Assembly: GCA_022828425.1 (NCBI GenBank)
Contig: CP094685.1
Coordinates: 3,016,046-3,080,045 of the forward strand
Length of the DNA: 64,000 nucleotides
Reading direction: 5' to 3'
DNA from: Candidatus Thiothrix sulfatifontis
Lineage (GTDB): Bacteria; Pseudomonadota; Gammaproteobacteria; Thiotrichales; Thiotrichaceae
The translations under genes and the position numbers were made by a program. Shown piece after piece: positions 29,890-37,897 of the stretch (positions are counted from its first letter, which is position 1; each line of letters opens with the position of its first letter). The notes beneath the pieces are model-generated. The model had not been told where the DNA came from. It was given only the letters and a program-made list of their open reading frames with translations, and did no database searches.

Positions 29890-30627
29890 TTATTTACAAT
29901 TGTGGTGCAGCTTCCACATCTCGGCATGTCCCATTTTCACGGCGAAATCGGGCGGCGTGCATTCATTGTTAGCCGCTCCATCACTAGCGGCTGCTTCATG
30001 ATACGTCATGGCAGCGGGTGTTGCGCCGTGAAGCTGTTGCCCCACCACGCCGATCAAGCCCAGAAATACCACAAGGCTGGCAACTTGCGCGATGCCAACT
30101 TTTTGGATGTCGTGGCGCGTATTGGCTTCGCACGCATCGCCGGGGCAGAGTTTAGCCTTTTCGCGGAAGAACAGGTTGTAAACCTTGCAGCCCAAGCAAA
30201 TACCAAAAGCCGCTTCAAAAAACATCAACATCATGCAGGCAGAACACACCAGCATATTGATCGGCCCGATCACCCGATTGAGCACCATCAGGTAAAACAT
30301 CAGCAGCGCCAAGGCAAACCCGATAATCCACGCAAAGCGTTTCTGGGGTGCACCGACGTATTCGGGGGTCTGATTGCGCACCGCCAAACGCCCCAGAATC
30401 ATGCTGGGGGCAAACTGCGGGTTGATAAACAGCCGAATCGTGAAATCCACCAAAAACGCGACAATAAACACCTGTGTCGGGTAGAAGTTACCCATCAAAA
30501 ACGCATTCATGAAGGTAATAATCGCGAAGAAAAACAGGATGCCTGCCGCCGCCCGTACTTCACGTTCGTTGAAGACAGGGACTTCGTAGCCCGCAATGGT
30601 TTCGCCGAAACGGAATAATTTGCTCAT
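29890..30627 (-). CDS. DUF4395-like membrane protein (paralogue of 25931-26545)
   Basis: 245 aa. FGETIAGYEVPVFNEREVRAAAGILF, TM segments, CPGDACEA. Confidence 0.5.
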   Translation of the reverse strand: MSKLFRFGETIAGYEVPVFNEREVRAAAGILFFFAIITFMNAFLMGNFYPTQVFIVAFLVDFTIRLFINPQFAPSMILGRLAVRNQTPEYVGAPQKRFAWIIGFALALLMFYLMVLNRVIGPINMLVCSACMMLMFFEAAFGICLGCKVYNLFFREKAKLCPGDACEANTRHDIQKVGIAQVASLVVFLGLIGVVGQQLHGATPAAMTYHEAAASDGAANNECTPPDFAVKMGHAEMWKLHHNCK

Positions 30628-30845
30628 GGTGTGGAGACTCGTTGCTATTGTGATTTCGCAATCTTGCCACGTCTGCCGGGCGTAAGGTAGCGATTATGCC
30701 GGAATCACGCAACATTCGACGCTCAACGCCTTGCACCTCATGTGCTCATGCAAATACTGGCGGATGCGGGTAGTAACGTTCGTGGAGCAACACAAATAAA
30801 AACAGCGAGCCGTTTCAAACGTAACTCGCTGCTTTCATTGCATTT

Positions 30846-30892
30846 ATTGGTGGGCCTACTAGGACTCGAACCTAGAACCAAAGGATTATGAG
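30846..30892 (-). repeat. attL: partial tRNA(CAT) copy (tRNA positions 32-76 plus 2 nt)
   Basis: 47/47 identity to 61338-61384. No 5-prime tRNA half is present. Confidence 0.9.
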
Positions 30893-31003
30893 AACTCGGA
30901 ACATTCAAACCCACAACCACGTAAAAACCCACTGGAAACCGACCGACACAGCACCCCCAAGCCCGCCAAACCCCGCCCAACCGCACCAGACCACGCGCCA
31001 GAA

Positions 31004-31035
31004 CATGACCCCGCGAAAATCGCAAACATGACCCC
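31004..31035 (+). promoter_or_regulatory. Putative integrase arm-type sites (2 x CATGACCCC, 23-bp spacing), element A int side
   Basis: CATGACCCC at 31004 and 31027. The same pair with the same spacing lies upstream of intB, and related pairs lie at both right ends. Confidence 0.5.
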
Positions 31036-31092
31036 GGCGGCGGTTTGCGCTACCATCAAAAACGAACCAAAACCAAACATTCAGGAGGCGGA

Positions 31093-32361
31093 ATGCCCGA
31101 AAAAATCAATTTCACCAAGACCGTGTTGGATGCGCTCGAACCACCCAACAATGGGCGACGTTACGTCTATGACGCAAAAGTGAATGGTTTGCTGCTGATG
31201 ATTACCCCGCCGGGTACGAAGTCGTTTCAAGTGCGGAAACACCTCGACGGCAAGGCGGCGCGTATCACCTTGGGGCGATTCCCTGACATGACCGTGACCC
31301 AAGCGCGGGAAAAAGCCCTAGCAGAACTCTCGCTGATAGCCACCACCCGCCAAACGAGTTACCAGCAAAAGCAAATCAGGGCAGAGGGGCAGCAATTCGC
31401 TAACATGACCTTGGGAAAGGTGTTCAAGGATTATTTGAAATCGCATAAGAATCTGAAGCCCGTCACGATTGCCGATTATGAGCGTGCTGTCAGCGTCGGT
31501 TTTTCCGACTGGGAGTCTCTGCCGTTGATCAGCATCACCCGTGACATGGTAGAGGAACGTCACCGCGAACGTAGCCAACACTCAGAGGCACGGGCAAATA
31601 ACGAGATGCGCGTGTTACGTTGCATCTTCAATTACGCTGCTGAGGAATACTTTGATGACAATCAGCAACCGCTGATCAAATCCAATCCGGTCAAGCGCCT
31701 CTCTCACAGCCGCGCATGGAATCGTGTCGACCGCAAACAGACCATTATCAAAAATGACGAACTCCCGATCTGGTACGAAGCCGTGAACTCACTCCCGGAA
31801 TGGTACGGCGGCGCACTGGCTGAGAAGGCGCGGGTCTATTTCCTGCTAACCCTGTTCAGTGGCTACCGGCGCACGGAGTCCAGCACCTTGCTGTGGGAAA
31901 ATATCGACCTGATCAACAACACGATCAGGCTAGAAGACACCAAAAACCACCAAGCGCACACACTGCCGCTCACCACCTACACCCGCGATCTGTTGACACA
32001 GTGGCAAGCCCGCAGTGGACAGGGCAGCGGCTTAGTATTCCGGGCGACTGACAACACCTCGCCACTGTCCAGCGTGGAGAAAACGATAAAGGCCATTCGC
32101 ACCAGGTCGGGTATTCACTGGGAAATGCACGACCTGAGACGCACGTTCGCAACCACTGCCGAAAACATCGGTATTCGCGGTTACACCCTGAAGCGCCTGA
32201 TCAACCACAAGACCGGCGCGGCGGATGTGACCGGCGGATATATCGTGACCGACGTGGAAAGTCTCAGAGAACCCATGCAAACCATTACCGACAAGCTCTT
32301 AAGCCTGACATCCGGTAAACTATCCGCATCCAAGACCGCACCGGCGGCAATCAATACCTGA
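31093..32361 (+). CDS. int: Tyrosine recombinase, P4-type phage integrase (element A)
   Basis: ATG 31093 after AGGAGG (ORF track starts at 31045). N-terminal arm-binding-like GLLLMITPPGTKSFQVRK. C-terminal HDLRRTFAT...LINHK...GGY catalytic residues. Confidence 0.85.
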   Translation: MPEKINFTKTVLDALEPPNNGRRYVYDAKVNGLLLMITPPGTKSFQVRKHLDGKAARITLGRFPDMTVTQAREKALAELSLIATTRQTSYQQKQIRAEGQQFANMTLGKVFKDYLKSHKNLKPVTIADYERAVSVGFSDWESLPLISITRDMVEERHRERSQHSEARANNEMRVLRCIFNYAAEEYFDDNQQPLIKSNPVKRLSHSRAWNRVDRKQTIIKNDELPIWYEAVNSLPEWYGGALAEKARVYFLLTLFSGYRRTESSTLLWENIDLINNTIRLEDTKNHQAHTLPLTTYTRDLLTQWQARSGQGSGLVFRATDNTSPLSSVEKTIKAIRTRSGIHWEMHDLRRTFATTAENIGIRGYTLKRLINHKTGAADVTGGYIVTDVESLREPMQTITDKLLSLTSGKLSASKTAPAAINT

Positions 32362-32370
32362 GAAGGAAGT

Positions 32371-32916
32371 TTGGACATGACCGACACCCCGAAAAAAACC
32401 TTAAGCATTACGCGCAAACCTGCCAACAGTGGCCCGGTAAATGCCACCGCTGGCACAATCCAACGCAGCGGCAAACGCATCATCAGGCGTGACGAACTGC
32501 CGCAAGTGCAGCGCATCCCCGCACCCAAACCCAAACCAGCCGCCAGCGCCAAACCCAAAAAGCCGCGCAAGCCACCCGCACCTAAGAAGCAAGTCACACC
32601 ACCGTCACAACTGAAAATCCGCGAATTGAACGACCGCCTAAACGCCTTCCGCGTCTGGTTCGACTTCCAACCGCTGGCAATCGGCATTGAAAAGGAAATT
32701 TTCCGACTGGTGAACGAGGAGCACTTCCCCGGCGCAAGCAAAAGGGTTGTGCAAAAGCTGCTGAGGATGCACGTTAATCACGGTGTCTACCTGCAAAACC
32801 TCAAACACGGCACAGACCGCTATCAGCTCGACGGCACACCCGACGGCACGATTGATGACTATCAGCGCCAGCTCGCAACGGACACCCTCACCAAACGACT
32901 ACAGGGCAAAAGCTGA
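32371..32916 (+). CDS. ProQ/FinO-domain RNA-binding protein with basic Lys/Pro-rich N-terminal region
   Basis: 181 aa. PLAIGIEKEIF...SKRVVQKLLRMHVNHGVYLQNLKHGTDRYQLDGTPDGTIDDYQRQLA aligns with E. coli ProQ PLKIGIFQDL...[47 protein letters not shown]. Confidence 0.7.
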   Translation: MDMTDTPKKTLSITRKPANSGPVNATAGTIQRSGKRIIRRDELPQVQRIPAPKPKPAASAKPKKPRKPPAPKKQVTPPSQLKIRELNDRLNAFRVWFDFQPLAIGIEKEIFRLVNEEHFPGASKRVVQKLLRMHVNHGVYLQNLKHGTDRYQLDGTPDGTIDDYQRQLATDTLTKRLQGKS

Positions 32917-33023
32917 ACACTTAGAGCCACCCGAACGCAAACGCCACAACATCCCAAACAATCAAACGCGGGGCGGGTTTTTCGTGTGTACCATACACAC
33001 AACGCAATACAGGAAGTGGGCGC

Positions 33024-33209
33024 ATGAATAGCCGTGAACTGATAAAACTGCTGAAGGCGCACGGCTGGGAACTGGCACGCACGCGGGGCAGTCACCACCA
33101 ATTCAAGCACCCAGACCACGGGCATACCGTCACCGTGCCACACCCAAAGAAAGACTTAGGAGCGGGCATTGTGAAAGCCATTAAACGGCAAGCCGGAATA
33201 GAGGATTAA
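33024..33209 (+). CDS. hicA: HicA mRNA-interferase toxin
   Basis: 61 aa with LIKLLKAHGWELARTRGSHHQFKHP...VPHPKKDLGAGIVKAIKRQAG. Confidence 0.85.
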   Translation: MNSRELIKLLKAHGWELARTRGSHHQFKHPDHGHTVTVPHPKKDLGAGIVKAIKRQAGIED

Positions 33210-33212
33210 GCC

Positions 33213-33620
33213 ATGTATTACCCAGTAGCCATAGAGCAAGGCGACGCTAACCACGCTTACGGCGTGATCGTTCCAGACATTCCGGGCTGTTTTTCAGCGG
33301 GGGATACCTTGGATGAAGCACTGATGCAGGCAGAGGATGCAATCCTATTGCAGCTTGAAGAGTATCTGGATAACGGGAAACCCTTCCCGCAACCCTCACC
33401 AATGGAAGCCTTGCGCCACCAGCAAGCCTATGAAGGGTTCATTTGGTCGATAACCAAAGTGGATGTGAGCAAACTATCAGGCAAGTCCACACGGGTGAAT
33501 ATCAGCCTGCCGGAACGTATCCTTCAACTCATAGACGCGGCGGCGGAACGTGACGGCGAAACCCGTTCAGGATTCATTGCTCGTGCTGCACTAGGGCATA
33601 TCCGGCAATCCGCACACTGA
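33213..33620 (+). CDS. hicB: HicB antitoxin (RHH C-terminus)
   Basis: 135 aa. HicB N-terminal fold motif YGVIVPDIPGCFSAGDTLDEAL and C-terminal RVNISLPERILQLIDAAAERDGETRSGFIA. Confidence 0.85.
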   Translation: MYYPVAIEQGDANHAYGVIVPDIPGCFSAGDTLDEALMQAEDAILLQLEEYLDNGKPFPQPSPMEALRHQQAYEGFIWSITKVDVSKLSGKSTRVNISLPERILQLIDAAAERDGETRSGFIARAALGHIRQSAH

Positions 33621-33639
33621 CACCAACGGAGGGCGCAAC

Positions 33640-34077
33640 ATGGGCGCAATTGCATACAAAACCGACTTTTACGAATGGACGCAAGAGCAAGCGCAACTCT
33701 TGAAAGAGCACCGTTTAGGTGAAATCGACTTGGCAAACCTGATAGAAGAGGTTGAAAGCATGGGCGCAAGTGAACGCAACGAATTCGCCCATCGTCTCGA
33801 AGTGCTGCTGATGCACATGCTCAAGTGGCAGTATCAAGTCGATTACCCCTATCGGCGTAGCTGGCAGCTAACCATTGTGGAGCAACGCAAACGACTAGCG
33901 GCAAGGCTGCGCAAAAGTCCAAGCCTAAAACACCATGCAGGTGAAGAGCTGGCAGACGCTTACGACGTGGCAAAGATCGGCGCGGAACGTGAAACGGGGC
34001 TACCTGAAAGCACCTTTCCAGAGGTTTGCCCGTGGAGCTTTGAGCAAGTGCTAGACCAAGAATTCATGCCAGCCTAA
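33640..34077 (+). CDS. DUF29 domain protein
   Basis: 145 aa. DFYEWTQEQAQLLKEHRLGEIDLANLIEEVESMGASERNEF...LLMHMLKWQYQ is typical of DUF29. Confidence 0.7.
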   Translation: MGAIAYKTDFYEWTQEQAQLLKEHRLGEIDLANLIEEVESMGASERNEFAHRLEVLLMHMLKWQYQVDYPYRRSWQLTIVEQRKRLAARLRKSPSLKHHAGEELADAYDVAKIGAERETGLPESTFPEVCPWSFEQVLDQEFMPA

Positions 34078-34170
34078 GAGCCGCACCTGATGCGGCTTTT
34101 TTGCGTCTTGGATTCTTCATGCCTGCTTGCGTGTCTGCGCATGACCGCACGCTTACAGTGTAAGTGCCGA
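34078..34170 (+). repeat. Cassette-junction repeat R1 (short form, includes intrinsic terminator AGCCGC-N7-GCGGCT-T6)
   Basis: Matches the two ends of R3 (49531-49587 and 49732-49767) but lacks its internal 144 bp. Confidence 0.7.
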
Positions 34171-34262
34171 TCATGAACGTCTTAATGTCCAAAAAAATCA
34201 AACACAGTTACATGATGCGCTTGCTATCCTGTACAACATCTTGAACAACAGGGGGATGGATA

Positions 34263-34385
34263 ATGCAAGCAGTAACCTACAGTGAGGCCAGAAACAACCT
34301 AGCAGCGATGTTAGATAAATTTGCTGAGTTCGCCAGTCAATGCAAAGCGCCTTTTGCAATCATTGGAGAACGTGCGCAAGGGTAA
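34263..34385 (+). pseudogene. Truncated Phd/YefM antitoxin (N-terminal ~19 aa recognisable)
   Basis: MQAVTYSEARNNLAAMLDK... then unrelated sequence and a stop after 40 aa. Confidence 0.55.
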
Positions 34386-34415
34386 GGAGTTGGTGAATAA
34401 AGAGTTGGTAGACGC

Positions 34416-34517
34416 ATGATCTGTTTTGAAGCGCAAGGCTGGGAGGATTACTTGCACTGGCAACAAAATTGGCAAAGCAACACGCGGCAAACAGCGAGAA
34501 GCGGTCAAGAGCACTAA
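34416..34517 (+). pseudogene. Truncated YoeB/Txe toxin (N-terminal fragment)
   Basis: MICFEAQGWEDYLHWQQN... parallels E. coli YoeB LIWSEESWDDYLYWQETDK, then diverges and stops at 33 aa. Confidence 0.55.
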
Positions 34518-34635
34518 CAGCCGCACGGCTCGCCCACTCGCTGCATTGCTGGCGAAATGCGATCCTGATGCACCTACGCCAGAAGAAGCCCGCGAATGGG
34601 AAAGCACACCACCTATCGGTAACGAAATCATCTAA
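34507..34635 (+). pseudogene. C-terminal fragment of a MazE/AbrB-type antitoxin
   Basis: ...KSTNSRTARPLAALLAKCDPDAPTPEEAREWESTPPIGNEII parallels the C-terminus of the intact MazE-like protein at 49838-50104 (KSATRRKKYKLADLLSKCDPSAPIPTAVTEWDNLPATGNEVW). Confidence 0.5.
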
Positions 34636-34639
34636 ACAA

Positions 34640-34835
34640 GAGCCGCACCTGATGCGGCTTTTTTGTGTCTGGGATTCCCCCGGCCTGCTTGCGTGTCAAG
34701 GTCGGGCGTAGCCCGTTCACTTTAACCTTGACTCGCTTTCTGAAAGTAAACTATTGCAAGGGGTACAACATGGTTGCACCCCACTAGCCTGGCGGCAATG
34801 AGCGACAAGAAGAGAAAAACGCCGGTTATCGTCAC
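34640..34835 (+). repeat. Cassette-junction repeat R2 (long form)
   Basis: Near-identical to R3 from the terminator hairpin through GGCGGCAATGAGCGACAA. Nested hairpin GTCAAGGT[CGGGC..GCCCG]..ACCTTGAC (34695-34732) and near-palindrome GGGGTACAAC-ATG-GTTGCACCCC (34760-34782). Confidence 0.7.
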
Positions 34836-34942
34836 CACTGCGCTGAGCCTTCGCAACCTGACCGTCGCAACCTGACCAGCGGCTTTTTTATGCCTGTCTT
34901 TCCTGTTACGTTGGGATTTTTGAAAAACACGGGTAAACCAAA

Positions 34943-35230
34943 GTGGAAGAAACCAAACGATCTAAACGCATAGCCCGCGCAATGTCGGGCGAACATTACG
35001 ACCATCGCGCACAACTGGCAGTTGAAAGACTTGCTGTTTACCATTCGCGGGAACTGGACAGAGGAGAACTACCCGTAGCCCTTTACTATTCCGGCAAAGT
35101 GTCTTTGTGCCTTACCCCGGAGTTACACGCACAAGCAGCAGCAGCGGCTAAGGCATCATCCCGAAGCCTGAATGGTTGGCTCGTTGAAATCATCAAGCGA
35201 GGCGTTGAAAACCCCATAGAAAAGTTATAA
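34943..35230 (+). CDS. Orphan RHH antitoxin-like protein (HicB C-terminal/CopG type)
   Basis: 95 aa. YSGKVSLCLTPELHAQAAAAAKASSRSLNGWLVEIIKRG resembles the YSGKFNLRLP...SLN RHH tail of HicB-family antitoxins. No partner toxin is adjacent. Start uncertain. Confidence 0.4.
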   Translation: MEETKRSKRIARAMSGEHYDHRAQLAVERLAVYHSRELDRGELPVALYYSGKVSLCLTPELHAQAAAAAKASSRSLNGWLVEIIKRGVENPIEKL

Positions 35231-35237
35231 ATAGGGT
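35226..35237 (-). repeat. 12-mer ACCCTATTTATA, inverted copy upstream of the recombinase gene
   Basis: Plus strand reads TATAAATAGGGT. Exact reverse complement of the copies at 36151 and 36201. Confidence 0.7.
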
Positions 35238-35312
35238 TTCTTTGTGGTTTTTTATAGGCTATTATTCTAAATATGTCTTAAGCCTATTTACATGAAACAC
35301 AACGGGGGAACT

Positions 35313-35864
35313 ATGGCACTGGTAGGATATGCACGGGTTAGCACACTTGACCAAGATCACACGGCGCAACTTGAACGCCTGACAGCGGCGGGATGTACCA
35401 AAGTATTCAGCGAGAAGAAAAGCGGCACAACTCAACAGGGCAGAGCCGCGCTTGATGAATGCCTTGGGTGGTTACGTGAAGGGGATACGCTGGTATTCAC
35501 CAAGATAGACCGGCTGGCACGTTCACAGCGTGACCTGCACAACATGGTTCACGACCTTGAAAAGCGCGGCGTGTCGATCATGGCGTTAGATCAAGCGATT
35601 GATACCCGCACGGCGGCGGGTAAGGCATTTCTCGGAATGCTGGCAGTATTCGCAGAGTTTGAAACCAACATCCGCAAAGAGCGGCAACTTGAAGGCATTG
35701 CTAAGGCAAAAACCGAAGGTGTCTACAAGGGGCGCAAGGCAACCGCCAAGGCAAAGCGGGCAGAGGTTGAAGCCTTGCTCACCCAAGGCATGACTAAGCC
35801 GAAGATTGCCGAAACCTTGGGGATCTCTGTTGCCAGCGTTTACAACGTACTGAAAGCCGCTTAA
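35313..35864 (+). CDS. Serine recombinase (resolvase/invertase, Hin/Pin-like)
   Basis: ATG 35313 (ORF track starts at 35292). MALVGYARVSTLDQ catalytic Ser motif and C-terminal HTH KPKIAETLGISVASVYNVLK. Confidence 0.85.
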   Translation: MALVGYARVSTLDQDHTAQLERLTAAGCTKVFSEKKSGTTQQGRAALDECLGWLREGDTLVFTKIDRLARSQRDLHNMVHDLEKRGVSIMALDQAIDTRTAAGKAFLGMLAVFAEFETNIRKERQLEGIAKAKTEGVYKGRKATAKAKRAEVEALLTQGMTKPKIAETLGISVASVYNVLKAA

Positions 35865-35883
35865 CCAATACATCAGCATTCAC

Positions 35884-35909
35884 AGCCCGCCACGATGCGG
35901 GCTTTTTTG
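35884..35909 (+). terminator. Intrinsic terminator after the recombinase gene
   Basis: AGCCCGC-CACGAT-GCGGGCT followed by a T-run. Confidence 0.7.
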
Positions 35910-35970
35910 TGCCTGATGCACGGGGGAAGGGCAAACTAACTTATTTAATCCCGCACTCCCTGAATCCTGA

Positions 35971-36212
35971 ACCCTAGTATCCACGGGGTTTTGAGGGGTT
36001 ATGAATGAGTTTATATAAATGCTTAAAAAACCGGCAATACAGAGGGGCTTAATAACTCAGTGTTTCAGCCATTGCCCACACGATACCCTATGAGCCACTA
36101 TAATTAGACTTAAGACCCTGTTATAAAACCCTCTATTAATTCATAAAACAACCCTATTTATAGGTTTTTTGATAGGTGTTTTGCTCTCTAGCATGGGTTT
36201 ACCCTATTTATA
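35971..36212 (+). repeat. Array of six direct ACCCT-(N)-TAT iterons, the last two exact 12-mers ACCCTATTTATA
   Basis: Copies start at 35971, 36085, 36115, 36128, 36151 and 36201. Copy 36151 lies in a 26-bp imperfect palindrome AAACAACCCTAT-TT-ATAGGTTTTTTG. Confidence 0.6.
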
Positions 36213-36476
36213 GTGGTTGTGGGTAGGGGTGGGGGTCGGCAGAGAAAGCGAATTGCTCTACAGCAAGGTGGGTACTTGGATGTCTGCATGAGTGCTATGC
36301 GGTTTTTCTGGGAATTCTTACCAGTGGCAATAAGAAAAAGATAGATAATCGGTAAATGATAAGATTTTATTATGTTTGTGGATTGCCCGCGAAGGGGTAA
36401 GCGTGGGTTGTTGAATGTCCCTACTGTCACACGATATGGGCTTACAGTGTGCTTTTTTAGGTACGGACTTATCACC

Positions 36477-37883
36477 ATGAGCATGAAACCACTAGATGAC
36501 ATTATCCGGGGCGCATTGCGCCAGACTAGCGCACATCACAACAAGCGTCTGATTGAACCCTCTGGCAGTGAAGGGGCTTTTGCTGCAATGGTCTTGGCAG
36601 AGTTTGACCGGGTTAATGCACAGGCTCTGGTGCGTGAATTCCGCATCTTATCGGGCGCTGAGACGGGCTTCAGCAATGTGGCATTGCCCGCCAGTTATCA
36701 ACGTGAGGTTATCCGCCAAGCCCTGACGGATTTGAATATTCTGAACTTGGTACGGGTCGCTACGGATTCGGCGGCAATGGCAACCACTGAAATTCCTTAC
36801 GAAGAGCGTTCAGCGGCTTCTATCCCGAATGACGGCATTGTGTACGAAGGTCAAGGCATCCCGTTTGCTGGCGTGGGTTTGAAGCGTGATACAGCCTATA
36901 TTCAAGCAATGAAGCTGGCGTTAAAGGTCACTAACGAAGTTATTCACTTCTCGCAGGCAAGCGGCATTAATTGGGATGCGTGGGGCGATAGCATCGCCAC
37001 GAATGCGCGGGTTATTCGCGAATTAATCAGTTTGCGGATTACCAATGAAATGCAGCGGGCGGCGGATTCCTTCAACGCGGTACACGTTACGGGTGAGGCG
37101 TTTACCGCTTCAGCAGATGGCGTGATCAAAACGGCACAATTCCCGATTGTGCGACCGCACCAAGCGCGTGATCTGCAAGGTAATGCCATCGGGAATCCTG
37201 AAAACCCGTTAGTGATCACGATCAATGGCACAGCGATTCCATATTTCATCAATAAGAAAGATTTACCGGCTGGTACTTACTGGACATTCAGCAACATTAA
37301 CCTTGGCTATATCCAGTTGGTTAACCAATTGGGGCAAGTGACGGGCGACGGGTCGGAAGGGACGATTAGCTACAGCACGGCAACCAATCTGTTTAAGTTC
37401 GACATTCAAGCGCCAGTCGGTACGAAATACACCCATCACCTGAATGACTTGCTAACCGCTATCGGTGATCGTAAGGCGGTGTTATCCGGGCAACGTTACG
37501 CACGTCCTGACTACGCTGTAATGTCTTACATGCTGAATAACGAAGTGACCAAGGCGGAGCAGTTCGTGGCATCCATGCGACGTGATGGCACGGCAACCAC
37601 CTTGCAAGGTGATTTGGACATGGTGAAGGGTTTGCCAGTGTTCGACACCAACGCACCGGGCGATTTTGGGGATATGCGTATTTTGCTGGGGCAACGTGGC
37701 TTAACGGGTTACACCATCGCCAAGCCCTACAGTATGGGCGCACCGTTTGAGGCAACCGATAGCAACGGTTATCCGACGGGAGAAAAGATTGCTTATGGTG
37801 AGGAATACAGCGCAATCCATACACCCAAGCCAGTACGCAACCGTTATACATCCGTTTTGGTTTATGACAGTACCACACGTTAA
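36477..37883 (+). CDS. Hypothetical 468-aa protein, tentatively HK97-fold major-capsid-like
   Basis: ORF 36372-37883 with start uncertain (ATG 36477 or 36483). The patterns LNILNLVRVATDS...EIPYEE, VYEGQGIPFAG...AMKLALKVTNEVIHFS and INWDAWGDSIATNARVIRELISLRITNEM recall Phage_capsid-type proteins. Not verified. Confidence 0.4.
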   Translation: MSMKPLDDIIRGALRQTSAHHNKRLIEPSGSEGAFAAMVLAEFDRVNAQALVREFRILSGAETGFSNVALPASYQREVIRQALTDLNILNLVRVATDSAAMATTEIPYEERSAASIPNDGIVYEGQGIPFAGVGLKRDTAYIQAMKLALKVTNEVIHFSQASGINWDAWGDSIATNARVIRELISLRITNEMQRAADSFNAVHVTGEAFTASADGVIKTAQFPIVRPHQARDLQGNAIGNPENPLVITINGTAIPYFINKKDLPAGTYWTFSNINLGYIQLVNQLGQVTGDGSEGTISYSTATNLFKFDIQAPVGTKYTHHLNDLLTAIGDRKAVLSGQRYARPDYAVMSYMLNNEVTKAEQFVASMRRDGTATTLQGDLDMVKGLPVFDTNAPGDFGDMRILLGQRGLTGYTIAKPYSMGAPFEATDSNGYPTGEKIAYGEEYSAIHTPKPVRNRYTSVLVYDSTTR

Positions 37884-37897
37884 TAGGAGGTGTTTCA

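Noticed and set aside
32181-32741. 186-aa minus-strand ORF (and its twin at 48057-48560)
   Set aside because: It is antisense to the int 3-prime end and the proQ-like gene. It is Gly/Ala/Leu/Arg-rich shadow sequence, conserved only because the sense genes are.
34640-34835. Integron attC sites at cassette boundaries
   Set aside because: There is no IntI-type integrase or attI. The palindromes do not match the RYYYAAC/GTTRRRY cores, and each repeat begins with a standard intrinsic terminator.
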